From the NCBI GenBank assembly GCA_949297215.1, contig CASFRV010000006.1, forward strand, positions 20,149 to 84,148: 64,000 nucleotides of DNA, in the 5' to 3' direction. Source of the DNA: an uncultured Bacteroidales bacterium. GTDB lineage: Bacteria > Bacteroidota > Bacteroidia > Bacteroidales > Bacteroidaceae. Both the position numbers and the translations under genes were made by a program. Position 1 is the stretch's first letter. The number at the start of each line of letters is the position of its first letter. The notes beneath the pieces were generated by a model. That model did not search any database and had not been told where the DNA came from. It was given only the letters and a program-made list of their open reading frames with translations. Of this stretch, positions 49,206-59,566 are shown piece by piece.

Positions 49206-50312
49206 ATGAAGATAGGAGATAAAGTGCGTTTTCTCAACGAAGTGGGCGGCGGCGTGGTCAGCGGTTTCCAGGACAAGGACACCGTGCTCGTGCGCGACGA
49301 GGACGGCTTCGACGTGCCCGTCCTGGCCCGCGAGTGTGTGGTGGTCGAGACCGACAACTACAACCTGTCCCGCCCCTCGGCGCCTGCCGGCCGCGAGGCC
49401 GACAACCGCTTTCGCACGCAGCAGCCCGACACGTACGTCCGCTCGTTCGACGACGACGAGGACCGCAAGCCCGTCACCTTCAAGCCCAAACCCTTGGAGC
49501 GCCGCGGGGCCGACGTGCTCAACCTCTTCCTGGCTTTCGTCCCCGTCGACGCCCGTGAGCTCACCAACACGGCTTTCGAGGCCTACCTTGTCAACGACAG
49601 CAACTACTTCGTCCGTTTTGCTCTCACGACGCAGACGGGCGCCGCCGTGCAGCTGCGCCACGAAGGCCTGGTCGAGCCCAACACGAAGCTCTTTCTCGAA
49701 GAGTTCCGCCGCGACGTCCTGCCCGAGTTGGAGCGCATCACGGTGCAGGCCTTTGCCTACAAGGAGGAGCGCCCCTTCCGCCTGAAAAAGCCCGTCGACG
49801 TGGCCCTGCGTCTCGACGGGACAAAGTTTTACAAGCTCCACACCTTTGCCCCGACCGATTTCTTCGAAGAGCCCGCCCTGCTCGTCGACGTCGTGCGCGA
49901 CGACCGCGCCGTGCCGAGCCTTTTCGTCGACGCCGCCGAGCTGCGCGAGGCCCTTTCGCCCGCTCCGAAGCCCGACCGCCCGCTGCGCGCTCCGGCCCGC
50001 ACCGAAAAGAAGGGGAAGGCCGGCAAGGACACCCCGCTCGAAGTGGATCTGCATGCCTCGTCGCTGCTCGAAACGACGGCCGGCATGGAGGCCAAGGACA
50101 TTCTGGACTATCAGCTGACGACCTTTCGCAATATCATGGCTGCCCACGCCCGCGAGAGGGGAAGAAAAATCGTTTTCATCCACGGAAAGGGCGACGGCGT
50201 GCTGCGTGCCGCCATCGTCAAGGAGCTCCGCGCCCGCTACAAGGGGTGCTACTATCAGGACGCCTCCTTCCGCGAGTATGGTTTCGGCGCCACGATGGTC
50301 ACCATCGGCTGA
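49206..50312 (+). CDS. DUF2027-like protein with C-terminal Smr domain
   Basis: 368 aa. N-terminus MKIGDKVRFLNEVGGGVVSGF. C-terminal Smr pattern LEVDLHA...IVFIHGKGDGVLR. Confidence 0.7.
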   Translation: MKIGDKVRFLNEVGGGVVSGFQDKDTVLVRDEDGFDVPVLARECVVVETDNYNLSRPSAPAGREADNRFRTQQPDTYVRSFDDDEDRKPVTFKPKPLERRGADVLNLFLAFVPVDARELTNTAFEAYLVNDSNYFVRFALTTQTGAAVQLRHEGLVEPNTKLFLEEFRRDVLPELERITVQAFAYKEERPFRLKKPVDVALRLDGTKFYKLHTFAPTDFFEEPALLVDVVRDDRAVPSLFVDAAELREALSPAPKPDRPLRAPARTEKKGKAGKDTPLEVDLHASSLLETTAGMEAKDILDYQLTTFRNIMAAHARERGRKIVFIHGKGDGVLRAAIVKELRARYKGCYYQDASFREYGFGATMVTIG

Positions 50313-50385
50313 CGGCTGACGCCCGCGGCTGCCGAAAAGGCGTCGCGGGCTTGGCTCTTTCGGTTTTATGGCGTACTTTTGCGGC

Positions 50386-50988
50386 ATGACGGAGGAAAGG
50401 CGCCCGCGCATGGCGGTGCTCACGCCCGACACGCTGGCGGGCTTGGGGCTGGCCGGCATCATCGAACGGATGGTGCCGGGTGTGGGCGTCAGTTTGTTTG
50501 CTCACGTGGCCGACCTGCGCGCAGCCGGGGCCGAGGGCTTTGTCCACTTTTTTGTGGCGGCGCCTGTGCTCATGGAGGACGCGGCTTTTTTCCTTGCGCG
50601 GCGCACGCATACCATCGTGCTCGTCCACGGCGGCGAGGCAGCCTGCCTTCCGGCCGATTTTCACACGCTCGACGTGTGCCAGAGCGAGGAGGCCCTTGTG
50701 CGCTCGGTCCTGCGGCTGGCCGAGAGCGCTCACAGCCGCCATCCGCAGGCCCCCGGCCACGCTGGCGCCGACCGGGCGCTCACGCCGCTCACGCCGCGCG
50801 AAACGGAGGTGCTGAGGCTCGTGGCCGCCGGCCGCACCAACAAGGAGATTGCCGCCCGCCTGGGCGTGGGGCTCACCACCATCATCTCGCACCGCAAGAA
50901 CCTGACCGAAAAGCTGGCCATCAAGAGCGTTTCGGGCCTGACGATATACGCCGTGATGCACGGCATCATAAAAGCGGAAGAAATCTGA
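50386..50988 (+). CDS. LuxR-family transcriptional regulator with degenerate receiver-like N-domain
   Basis: C-terminal HTH LTPRETEVLRLVAAGRTNKEIAARLGVGLTTIISHRKN. A -7 box TACTTTTG at 50374-50381 excludes the track start at 50368. An alternative start is ATG 50410. Confidence 0.75.
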   Translation: MTEERRPRMAVLTPDTLAGLGLAGIIERMVPGVGVSLFAHVADLRAAGAEGFVHFFVAAPVLMEDAAFFLARRTHTIVLVHGGEAACLPADFHTLDVCQSEEALVRSVLRLAESAHSRHPQAPGHAGADRALTPLTPRETEVLRLVAAGRTNKEIAARLGVGLTTIISHRKNLTEKLAIKSVSGLTIYAVMHGIIKAEEI

Positions 50989-51010
50989 ACAGGTTTCTTC
51001 CGCTTCTTTT
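50974..51010. terminator. Hairpin terminator between convergent genes
   Basis: GCGGAAGAAA / TTTCTTCCGC form a 10-bp stem followed by TTCTTTT. The luxR-type stop codon lies in the loop. Confidence 0.65.
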
Positions 51011-51031
51011 AAATGGAGCCCGGCCGCGGCT

Positions 51032-52111
51032 TTACAGCTCGTCGGGCAGAATGAGCACTTTCACGTAGTCTTTCAGATGAAACACGCCGCGTCCGTATCC
51101 GCTCTGCGAGTCGGCGATGAGCAGCAGCGTCTGCCGCCCGTCGGCAAGGCGACGGCCCAGGCATATGCCCTCGTAATTGGCAAAGCTGCGGTTGAAAGGC
51201 GTGAATTTGGTGGCGAAAACGGCGATGAGCTGCTTCACTAAAAACTTGTTGCCGTCGAGGCCGGCCAAGTGGGTGCCGCTGTCGATCTGCCAGCCCTCGG
51301 CCGGGTTGACCAGGAAGAGCTTGACGGTGGCCGTGGAGCTGAGGTAGCCGTTGGACACGTCGGCCTCGCGCTCCATGACGACGAGTCGTCCGTCGGGCAG
51401 GGCCGTCATGCCCGACACGCCCAGGGTGTAGACGAGGCCGAAGTCGTCCCGCTTGCCGCGGTCCATGCGGTAGGCATATTGGGCCACGGGGCGCAACCCT
51501 TCGTCGAAGGCTTGCAGGCGCAGCAGGTTCTGTGCGCCGGGCTGGCCGGGGCCTGCTGCCGGTCCGTCGGCCGGCAGGGTGCTTTCGGTCGTGGTCCAGA
51601 AGCGGCGGGTGGCGGGGCAGTAGGTCAGGGCCTCAAATCCGTAGTTGGGCACGATGTTTCGCAGGGCGAAGATGGCCGGTACGGCCAGGCCGCGGCCCGT
51701 GGGCCGTCCGTCGGCGGCATATTCGAGAATCTGCTGGTCGCCTTCGCCGCTGATGAAGACGGTGCCCGACGACGGCACGTAGGCCACGCCCTCGCAGTCG
51801 CGCACGCTCTGGCCCCGTTCGTTGCGGCGGGGCGAGGGGTTGCCGCGAAAGCCTTCCAGGCGGACGTCGCTTACCTCGCCCGTGAGCGAGTCCTGCTCTA
51901 TGCGCATCACGAAAAAGCCGTCGGTGGGCCCCTTGTCGCTCACGACGGCATAGCGCCCTTCGCCCATGGGGGCTATCCCGCTGTAATCGGCCGTGCCGAT
52001 GTTCCAGCGGCTCAGATCCTGCTGTTTCAGTTCGACGGCCTGCTGTGCTGCGGCTGTCATGCTTGCCGCCGAAAGCGCGGCCGCAAGCGCCAGGAAGCAT
52101 GTAGTTTTCAT
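51032..52111 (-). CDS. Secreted esterase-like-activity-of-phytase family protein
   Basis: 359 aa with a signal peptide. Beta-propeller-like repeats. Pattern ANYEGICLG near the C-terminus. Confidence 0.6.
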   Translation of the reverse strand: MKTTCFLALAAALSAASMTAAAQQAVELKQQDLSRWNIGTADYSGIAPMGEGRYAVVSDKGPTDGFFVMRIEQDSLTGEVSDVRLEGFRGNPSPRRNERGQSVRDCEGVAYVPSSGTVFISGEGDQQILEYAADGRPTGRGLAVPAIFALRNIVPNYGFEALTYCPATRRFWTTTESTLPADGPAAGPGQPGAQNLLRLQAFDEGLRPVAQYAYRMDRGKRDDFGLVYTLGVSGMTALPDGRLVVMEREADVSNGYLSSTATVKLFLVNPAEGWQIDSGTHLAGLDGNKFLVKQLIAVFATKFTPFNRSFANYEGICLGRRLADGRQTLLLIADSQSGYGRGVFHLKDYVKVLILPDEL

Positions 52112-52127
52112 TTCTGTCGGGTTAAGT

Positions 52128-53171
52128 TCATTCGTCGAGCATCAGGCGCACCATGACGGGGTAGGCGCCGAGCAGCATGGCCGCCAGCCCGCCGGGGGTG
52201 ACGATGTTGTCGGGCCGCTCGTCGGTGAGCGCCACGCGGCCGTCGGCCACGCGGTAGTAGCCGTTGTTTTCGGGAATGTCGAAGTCGTGGTCCACGCCGA
52301 TGTGGAGCTGAAAACCGGGATAGGCCCGCACGACGCATTCGAGAAAACGCATGACGTTCGTCACGCGCGCCATGGCGTAAGGCTTGGCCCCCTTTGTGCT
52401 GCCGGGACACCACAGGCGCCCCGTGAGACGGGCCTGGGGGCAGCCCTCGCGTGCGGCCCGCAGCAAGGCGCCTCGCGCAGCGTCGCTGTCGGCCAGCATG
52501 TCGCGCACGTTGAGCCGGCCGTTGCTTTCGGCCGCCACAAGGGCTATGCCGCACACGTGGCCGCCGCGGCGTGCCACCAGCACGCGGCCGCCCGTGACGT
52601 CGCACAGGCGGAGCGCGGCAAAGAAGTCGCCCTCGGCGGGGTGAAGCATAAAGGGAATGTCGCGCGTGTTCTTTTGGAAAAACACGAAGAGTTCGCGGCC
52701 CCACTCGTCGGGTTCGGTCACGCGGATGGTGTCATCGCTTTCTTCGCCGGCGTCAAGCTCCACGTCGTGGCGGAACGTGGCGGTCCAGTAGGCTCCGTGG
52801 CGCTCTTCTTCGAAGAAATGGCGCTGCTCCTCGTCGGCAGGCAGGACGAAGCTCACGGCCCCGCCCTGCTTGTAGAGGCGGCGGTGGGCTTCGCGCAGCA
52901 GGCGGGCTGCCAGGCCCTGACGGCGGTGTTGCGGAGCGGTGCAGAGCCCCGTGACAAAGCCGGCATGGAGCACGGAGCCGAAGAACGTAAAGCGATAGGG
53001 GAGCAACTGGCAGGCCGCCGTGAGCCGGGCGTTGAAGCGCTGCGTCAGGTTGCAGGCAGGAGTGTACTTCTCCTCAAAAAATATGTCGAGGAAATCGTCG
53101 GTTTCCCCGAGGCAGACTTTCCGCAGCTGGCGTGTCTGCTGTTTTATTTCTTCGTCGTTCAGTATAGACAT
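52128..53171 (-). CDS. GNAT acetyltransferase with C-terminal SCP2-like domain (Eis-like architecture)
   Basis: 347 aa from MSILNDEEIKQ (ATG 53171). Acetyl-CoA motif QHRRQGLAARLL. Confidence 0.65.
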   Translation of the reverse strand: MSILNDEEIKQQTRQLRKVCLGETDDFLDIFFEEKYTPACNLTQRFNARLTAACQLLPYRFTFFGSVLHAGFVTGLCTAPQHRRQGLAARLLREAHRRLYKQGGAVSFVLPADEEQRHFFEEERHGAYWTATFRHDVELDAGEESDDTIRVTEPDEWGRELFVFFQKNTRDIPFMLHPAEGDFFAALRLCDVTGGRVLVARRGGHVCGIALVAAESNGRLNVRDMLADSDAARGALLRAAREGCPQARLTGRLWCPGSTKGAKPYAMARVTNVMRFLECVVRAYPGFQLHIGVDHDFDIPENNGYYRVADGRVALTDERPDNIVTPGGLAAMLLGAYPVMVRLMLDE

Positions 53172-53227
53172 GGTTCTGATGCGGTTTTCAGGCCGGCCCC
53201 GTTCTGCCGGTGGGGCTGTGGCGTAGT

Positions 53228-53887
53228 TCAGCTGCCGGTGCGGGGCCGGCGGGTGGCGGGGAAGGCCAGTTTCCACGTCTGCGCCCCGTCGTCGGTGGGA
53301 ACCGTCAGCGTTATGCTGTCGCGCCCGGCGGTGAGGCCGGCGGCATAGGGATAGAGGGGGCAGGCCACGTAGGTTGTGCGCGTGTAATAAAGCGGGTCGA
53401 TGCCTTGATCGTGCAGGAGCGTCAGGTGAAGCATGCGGCTGCCCGCGGCACCGTCCTCGATGCCGCGGTGGTCGAAGCCGAAGGTGTGGGGCAGTCCGCC
53501 CGTTTTCAGGGCAAGGCGCAGGTTGATGTAGCCTCCGCCGCTCCACACGGCTTCCACGCCGACGGGGTCGGCCATCGACGCGCCGTGCAGGTAGGTTTGC
53601 GGCAGCGGGGCGAGCACCTGCGCCAGCGAGACGAGGCGGGCGCTTTTGCCCTCTTCGGTGTAGAGCGCCATGACGCGGTAGGACGTATCGGCCGGGAGGC
53701 CTCCCACGCGGTTGGCCACGGCCAGACATGTTCCGTCGTCGCGCAGGAGCTGCGAGGCGAAGCCGTCGGCGTCGGTACACACCTCTAACAGGTCTTCGCG
53801 GTAGGGTGCGAGCGGCGTTTCCTCGTCGCCGCACGAGGGCAGGAGCGCCAGGGCCGACAGCATGAGGGCAAAGGCGGCGCGCTTCAT
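53228..53887 (-). CDS. NigD-like lipoprotein
   Basis: 219 aa. Lipobox LALLPSCG. Overall pattern resembles the Bacteroidales NigD-like family. Confidence 0.6.
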   Translation of the reverse strand: MKRAAFALMLSALALLPSCGDEETPLAPYREDLLEVCTDADGFASQLLRDDGTCLAVANRVGGLPADTSYRVMALYTEEGKSARLVSLAQVLAPLPQTYLHGASMADPVGVEAVWSGGGYINLRLALKTGGLPHTFGFDHRGIEDGAAGSRMLHLTLLHDQGIDPLYYTRTTYVACPLYPYAAGLTAGRDSITLTVPTDDGAQTWKLAFPATRRPRTGS

Positions 53888-55035
53888 CGGCAGGCAGCCT
53901 GATGGTTCAGCAAAGGGTTGGCATACATCGTCAGAATGCGCTCGCGCAGGAAGTTGTCGTCGCGCCGGGGCAGGTCCACCAGCGCCACGCGCGAGGCAAC
54001 GTATTCCTCAAACTTCTGCCGCTCGGCGTCGGTGTAGTGGTCGGCAAAGCGCCGCCCGCCGTCGAGCAGGTCGGCCGCCACATAGTTGCCGGGATAGAGG
54101 TGGTAGCCGCGGTGTATCTCCCTGTCCATGCGTGCCGCCGTTTCGCGGAAGAGTTCAGCCTTGGGCAGTTCTGCCAGTTCGGGCAGCCATGAGTTGATGG
54201 GCTGCGCCATTTCGTAATGAACGTGCCCCTTCTTGCCAAATATCCCCACACGCATGTTTTCCAAGTCGTCGGCGCGCGATTTGACGTAGTCGGGGTTGTC
54301 GCGCTTCAGCTGAAATTCCTTGGCTTTCAGATAATCGCACGGGTCATACTCGTACGAGATGCTCAGCGGGACAATATCGAGCTGCATCAGCCGTTCGACG
54401 GGCGTTCCCGTCCCTCCCATGGCCATCATTTTGAGCACGCTCTCCTGCGTCCGGTCGTCGGAGTCTTTGGCCCGCCCCTCGCGCTGCGCAATCCAGATGT
54501 TCTCGTGTTTTTCGGCGATGGCAAAGTGCATATACTCGCTCATGAGGCGCGAACTCTCTAATTTCTCGCGCATGGAGACGGAGCGGCGCACGATGAACGA
54601 CTTGTTGACGCGCACGAGCTTCTCAATCCAGGGATATATCAAGAGGTTATCGCCGATGGCAATCTCAACTGTGTTGCCGAAGCCGTTTTTTAAGAGCAGT
54701 ATGGAGAGGAGCGCCGAGTCGAGCACGATGTCCCGGTGGTTCGAGACGTAGGTATGGCGGGCTTTCTTGTCGGTTCCCTCGGGGCAGCCCATCGTGAGCG
54801 ACGAGGCGCACGTTGCCAGGAGCTGCATCACGAGGGGATAGAACAGTTTCTCCTGCACTTTCAGACTGTTCTTGCAGGCCTTGGCCTGGCCGCGGAGCGC
54901 TTCGGCCGGTATGTCCTTGTACCAGAGGCGTACCACGTCGAGAAACTGCGGGTCGTCGAAAAGCTCGTCGACGACGGCGGGCAGCTCCTCGGGCGTGTAG
55001 GGGCGTATGCCGTCGAACATTGCGGGAATGTTCAT
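53884..55035 (-). CDS. Glycerol/lysophospholipid acyltransferase (PlsC family)
   Basis: 383 aa. HX4D motif NHRDIVLD. Confidence 0.8.
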   Translation of the reverse strand: MNIPAMFDGIRPYTPEELPAVVDELFDDPQFLDVVRLWYKDIPAEALRGQAKACKNSLKVQEKLFYPLVMQLLATCASSLTMGCPEGTDKKARHTYVSNHRDIVLDSALLSILLLKNGFGNTVEIAIGDNLLIYPWIEKLVRVNKSFIVRRSVSMREKLESSRLMSEYMHFAIAEKHENIWIAQREGRAKDSDDRTQESVLKMMAMGGTGTPVERLMQLDIVPLSISYEYDPCDYLKAKEFQLKRDNPDYVKSRADDLENMRVGIFGKKGHVHYEMAQPINSWLPELAELPKAELFRETAARMDREIHRGYHLYPGNYVAADLLDGGRRFADHYTDAERQKFEEYVASRVALVDLPRRDDNFLRERILTMYANPLLNHQAACR

Positions 55036-55047
55036 TTTCTTTCTCTT

Positions 55048-56034
55048 TTAAAATTTACCTTCGATGATGTCCGTCAGCACGTCGGCCATGCTGAGGCCGG
55101 CAGCCCGCACCTGCTGCGGGATAAAGCTCGTGGCCGTCATGCCGGGCGTCGTGTTAATTTCCAGCAGATTGATCTGCTCGTTGCCGGCCGGCCCGCTGAG
55201 GATGTAGTCCACGCGGATAATGCCGTAGCAGCCCAGGATGCGGTAGATGTCGCGCGTCATGTCGCTCACGCGGGCCGCCGTGGCGGGAGCTATGCGGGCG
55301 GGAGTGATTTCGCTGACCTTGCCGTTGTATTTTGCGTCGTAGTCGAAAAATTCTTCCGTCGTCACCACTTCGGTGATGGGCAGCGCCACGATTTCGTCTC
55401 CCCGCTTGAAGCAGCCGCATGTGATTTCCGTGCCCTCCATCATCTTCTCAATCATCACTTCCGGGCTCTCGGCCATGGCTTTTCCGATGGCAGGACGCAG
55501 GTCGGCCTCGGTTTTCACTTTTGTCACGCCGAAACTGCTGCCTCCTGCGTTGGGCTTCACAAAGCAAGGCAGCCCGAGGCGTTCTACGACGGCCTTGTCG
55601 TCGGGCAGCGGCTCGCCCTTGCGCACGAGCAGCGAGTCGGAGAGATGCAGCTGCGGGTAGGCGCGCAGGAAGTTGTTGAGTGCGAATTTATTGAACGTTA
55701 AAGCCTCGACGAGCACGTCGCTTGTGGAGTAGGGCAGGCCGATCAGGTCGAAATAGCCTTGCAGGATACCGTTTTCGCCGGGCGTCCCGTGTATGGTGAT
55801 GTAGGCAAAATCGAACGTCTGCCGGCCGGCAAACGTTTCAAAAGAAAAATCGCTTTTATTTACGGCACATTTTTCCGTACCATAGAAGACGGTCCATTCC
55901 TTGCCGCGTATTTCGACGACATAGGGCGTGTATCTCTCCGTGTCGAGGAAAGTCAGAATGTTTTCCGCGCTGCGCATGGATACGTCATGCTCGGAGGAGT
56001 CGCCTCCTGCCACGATGGCAATCGTTCTTTTCAT
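55048..56034 (-). CDS. ddl: D-alanine--D-alanine ligase
   Basis: 328 aa. MKRTIAIVAGGDSSEHDVS. ATP-grasp motifs including LLEINTTPGMT. Confidence 0.95.
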   Translation of the reverse strand: MKRTIAIVAGGDSSEHDVSMRSAENILTFLDTERYTPYVVEIRGKEWTVFYGTEKCAVNKSDFSFETFAGRQTFDFAYITIHGTPGENGILQGYFDLIGLPYSTSDVLVEALTFNKFALNNFLRAYPQLHLSDSLLVRKGEPLPDDKAVVERLGLPCFVKPNAGGSSFGVTKVKTEADLRPAIGKAMAESPEVMIEKMMEGTEITCGCFKRGDEIVALPITEVVTTEEFFDYDAKYNGKVSEITPARIAPATAARVSDMTRDIYRILGCYGIIRVDYILSGPAGNEQINLLEINTTPGMTATSFIPQQVRAAGLSMADVLTDIIEGKF

Positions 56035-56068
56035 TTCTGTTTCTATTTTTAATAGGTCGGATGCATGT

Positions 56069-57184
56069 TCATTGGTTTTTCAGTCCGCCGACGTAGGCTT
56101 TCCATTTTTCGAGCAGTGCGTCCATGTCGGGGGGCAGGGGGCTGGTAAAGTCCATTTCGCGCCCCGTCACGGGATGCTTGAAGCCGAGCGTGCGGGCATG
56201 CAGGGCCTGGCGCGGGCAGAGGGCAAAGCAGTTGCGTATGAAGCTGTTGTACGTCCCCGACTGCGTGCCGCGCAGCACCTGGTCGCCGCCATAGCGTGCG
56301 TCGTTGAAGAGCGGGTGGCCTATGTGGCGCATGTGGACGCGTATCTGGTGGGTCCGTCCCGTTTCGAGGACGCATTCCACGAGCGTGACGTAGCCAAAAC
56401 GTTCCAAAACGCGGTAGTGCGTCACGGCAGGCTTGCCCGTATCCGAGCCGGGCGGGAACACGGCCATCTGCAACCTGTCGTGCGGGTTGCGCGCTATGTT
56501 GCCCTCGATGCGTCCTTCGTCGTCGGCCACGTTTCCCCACACCAGCGCCTGGTATCGCCGCCGTGTCGTTTTGTTGAAAAACTGTATGCCCAGTTTTGTT
56601 TTGGCCTCGGGCGTTTTTGCTATGACCAGCAGGCCCGACGTGTCCTTGTCGATGCGGTGCACCAGCCCCACGGCCGGGTCGTTCGGGTCGTAAGCGGGGT
56701 TTTCCCGCAGGTGCCACGCCACAGCGTTGACCAGCGTGCCCGTATAGTTGCCGCAACCCGGGTGTACCACGAGGCCGGCCGGCTTATTCACGACCATCAG
56801 CGCCTCGTCTTCGTATGTAATGTCAAGGGGAATGTCTTCCGGCTCGATGGTGCTCTCGTAGCGTGGCCGGTCCAGGAGGAGCGTCACGACGTCCGAGGGC
56901 TTCACGCGGTAGTTGCTCTTTACGGGGCGGTCGTTCACGTGGATAAATCCCGCCCGTGCGGCTTGCTGTATGCGGTTGCGCGACGTGTCGCGCAGGTGGT
57001 CCAGCAGGAATTTGTCTATTCTGAGCAGCTGTTGCCCTTTGTCGGCCACGACGCGGTAGTGCTCGTAGAGCGAGGCGCCTTCTTCCTCGTCGGCGTCTTC
57101 GTTGTCGACGGTCGGCAGCGGCGTTGCGCAGCCGGTCTGTTTTTCCTCGTCGATGAAAAAGTTGTCGTCGCTGCCGGTGGTCAT
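56069..57184 (-). CDS. rluD: RluA-family 23S rRNA pseudouridine synthase (RluD-like) with S4 domain
   Basis: 371 aa. Catalytic motif HRIDKDTSGLLV. Confidence 0.9.
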   Translation of the reverse strand: MTTGSDDNFFIDEEKQTGCATPLPTVDNEDADEEEGASLYEHYRVVADKGQQLLRIDKFLLDHLRDTSRNRIQQAARAGFIHVNDRPVKSNYRVKPSDVVTLLLDRPRYESTIEPEDIPLDITYEDEALMVVNKPAGLVVHPGCGNYTGTLVNAVAWHLRENPAYDPNDPAVGLVHRIDKDTSGLLVIAKTPEAKTKLGIQFFNKTTRRRYQALVWGNVADDEGRIEGNIARNPHDRLQMAVFPPGSDTGKPAVTHYRVLERFGYVTLVECVLETGRTHQIRVHMRHIGHPLFNDARYGGDQVLRGTQSGTYNSFIRNCFALCPRQALHARTLGFKHPVTGREMDFTSPLPPDMDALLEKWKAYVGGLKNQ

Positions 57185-57894
57185 GGGTTTTCGGGATAAT
57201 AATCGCTTCCCGCCTCTTCCGTGGGCGGGTAGGCGTGTTCTTCTTCAAAGCCCACTTCTTCGGTGGCTGTGCTGTCGTGCAGGTCGTCCGTGCCGAAGAA
57301 CAGATAGTCCAGGCTGTCGTTGCCGTTGAATTCCTCTTCGGTATGGCCGTTGCCGATGACGAGCGTAACGAGCTGATCCACCGAGACGCGGGCGCCGGCG
57401 CTCATGGTGCGTCCGCCCACTTTGACGGCATACACCCAGTCGGGCTCGCCTTCGATATATTCGGGGGCGCCCAGCTTAAAGCCCAGCGTCTTGAGCCGCG
57501 TTTCAGCCTCGCGGCGCGAACTGTTGTCGGCCACGTCGGGCAGCGTCACCATGGGCGAGCCCGATGAGTTGATGGTAAGCGCAATGAGCCGCCCGGGCTT
57601 TATCTTTTCTCCCGCGGCAATCGATTGTTCCAGCACGGTGTTTCCCGGCTGCGAGCGCACATATCCCGTATCGGCCACCTCGCCCTTCAGCCCCAGGGCT
57701 TCCAGCTTGCGGACGGCCAGCTCGGCGTCCTTGCCCCGCAGGTCGGGCATGGTAATGGCCTCGCCGTGATGCGTATAATATTGCAGGAAAACAAGCGCTC
57801 CCACCACAAGGAGCACAGCGGCCACCATCATCCCGAGACAATTCCCCCAAAGGCGGCCACTGAATATCTTCTTGAAAAATTCAGAAAGCGTCAT
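57181..57894 (-). CDS. PASTA-domain membrane protein
   Basis: 237 aa. N-terminal TM helix and three PASTA-like repeats (ITMPDLRGK, VTLPDV). A -7 box TACCTTTG lies on the minus strand at 57958-57951. Confidence 0.75.
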   Translation of the reverse strand: MTLSEFFKKIFSGRLWGNCLGMMVAAVLLVVGALVFLQYYTHHGEAITMPDLRGKDAELAVRKLEALGLKGEVADTGYVRSQPGNTVLEQSIAAGEKIKPGRLIALTINSSGSPMVTLPDVADNSSRREAETRLKTLGFKLGAPEYIEGEPDWVYAVKVGGRTMSAGARVSVDQLVTLVIGNGHTEEEFNGNDSLDYLFFGTDDLHDSTATEEVGFEEEHAYPPTEEAGSDYYPENP

Positions 57895-57962
57895 ACCGTA
57901 TGATTGCCGGCCGCAGGCGCCTGCCTCCGGCCGAAAATGTTAGCATGCGGCAAAGGTAAGAT

Positions 57963-58010
57963 AAAAAAACGAGAGAAGTGAGGCCCGCTTGAAAAAAGCC
58001 TACTTCTCCC
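57963..58010 (-). terminator. Intrinsic terminator after rpmH
   Basis: Minus strand has a GGGAGAAGT...ACTTCTCTC stem followed by GTTTTTTT, immediately upstream of the PASTA gene promoter box. Confidence 0.65.
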
Positions 58011-58041
58011 GTCATATCGTCTCCGAACCTCAGGGGTGCGT

Positions 58042-58200
58042 TTATTTCTTGCCGTGAACTTCGTCGGATACCGTCAGTTTCTTACGGCCTTTTGCCCGGC
58101 GGGCGGCCAGTACGCGGCGGCCGTCGGCGGTCTGCATGCGTTTGCGGAAACCGTGCTTGTTGTTTCTCTTTCTGTTGTGAGGCTGGAATGTTCTTTTCAT
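58042..58200 (-). CDS. rpmH: 50S ribosomal protein L34
   Basis: 52 aa: [45 protein letters not shown] -7 box TATTTTTG lies at 58252-58245. Confidence 0.95.
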   Translation of the reverse strand: MKRTFQPHNRKRNNKHGFRKRMQTADGRRVLAARRAKGRKKLTVSDEVHGKK

Positions 58201-58332
58201 TGTTGTTATGCTGTTTTGTTTTGTTGTTATCGCACTTTGGGCTGCAAAAATAGCAAGTTTTTTCGAATTCCCCAAGCCGAGCCCGCTATTTCAGCGTTTT
58301 TCGGCCGTTAATCGTGCCGTGGGCTGAGCAGT

Positions 58333-59430
58333 TTATGCGTTTTCCGCAAAGTGTTTCGACTGTTCCTCGATGAGTGCCGCGTCTTCAAAGTAGTTGATGC
58401 GCATGGCCCGGCGCACGTCGTCCATCGTGCGGGCTGCCACGGCGCGTGCCTCCTCGCATCCTTTGCGCAGCATGTCGTAGACGGCCGGGATGTCCTTTGA
58501 AAATTCGCGCCGCCGCTCGCGTATCGGTCCGAGCTCCTCTTGCAGGATGGCGTTGAGGAATTTCTTTACCTTCATGTCGCCCAGTCCGCCGCGTGTGTAG
58601 TGGGCTTTCAGTTCGTCGAGGCTTGCATATTCCGGCCAGTAGCGTTCAAAATGTTCGGGACGGCTGAATGCGTCGAGATATGTAAAGACCGTATTGCCTT
58701 CCAGGTGGCCGGGATCGCTAACGTGCACGTGTGTCGGGTCGGTATACATGCTCATGACCTTCTTTTTCACCTCGTCGGCCGTGTCGGCCAGGTAGATGCA
58801 GTTGCCCAGAGACTTGCTCATCTTCGCCTTCCCGTCTGTTCCCGGCAGGCGCAGGCAGGCGGCGTTGGCGGGCAGCAGTATTTCGGGTTCGGTGAGGGTT
58901 TCTCCGTAGATGTAGTTGAAGCGCCGCACGATTTCGGTGGCTTGTTCGAGCATGGGCTTCTGGTCTTCGCCCACCGGAACGGTCGTGGCGCGGAAGGCTG
59001 TGATGTCGGCAGCCTGGCTGATGGGGTAGGTGAAGAAGCCCACCGGGATGCTCGTCTCGAATCCCCGCATCTGAATTTCGGTTTTCACCGTCGGGTTGCG
59101 TTGCAGGCGCGACACGGTGACGAGATCCATGAAGTAAAACGAGAGTTCGCAGAGCTCAGGGATTTGCGACTGGATGAAAAGCGTCACTTTCGACGGGTCG
59201 AGGCCGCAAGCCAGGTAGTCGAGCGCCACTTCTATGACGTTGTTGCGCACTTTTTCGGGGTTATCCATGTTGTCCGTCAGCGCCTGTGCGTCGGCTATGA
59301 AGACAAACATCTTATCGTAGTTGCCGTCGTTCTGAATGGCCACGCGGTTGCGCAGCGAGCCCACGTAATGGCCGATATGCAGGCGTCCGGTGGGGCGGTC
59401 GCCCGTGAGGATGACTTTTTCTTTTGTCAT
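58333..59430 (-). CDS. trpS: Tryptophan--tRNA ligase
   Basis: 365 aa from [24 protein letters not shown] (HIGH motif). KMSKS is present. A -7 box TAACTTTG lies at 59495-59488. Confidence 0.95.
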   Translation of the reverse strand: MTKEKVILTGDRPTGRLHIGHYVGSLRNRVAIQNDGNYDKMFVFIADAQALTDNMDNPEKVRNNVIEVALDYLACGLDPSKVTLFIQSQIPELCELSFYFMDLVTVSRLQRNPTVKTEIQMRGFETSIPVGFFTYPISQAADITAFRATTVPVGEDQKPMLEQATEIVRRFNYIYGETLTEPEILLPANAACLRLPGTDGKAKMSKSLGNCIYLADTADEVKKKVMSMYTDPTHVHVSDPGHLEGNTVFTYLDAFSRPEHFERYWPEYASLDELKAHYTRGGLGDMKVKKFLNAILQEELGPIRERRREFSKDIPAVYDMLRKGCEEARAVAARTMDDVRRAMRINYFEDAALIEEQSKHFAENA

Positions 59431-59566
59431 GTGAATGGTTTCTTTCAAGTTAATGTGCCGCGCTCCCGCTGCGGGGCTTTGGCTCCGCAAAGTTAAGCAG
59501 AATGCGGCTCATCTGCAAATTTTTACGTTTCATATCCTGCCGCCGGCCGGCAGGGGCGGGCGGTTG

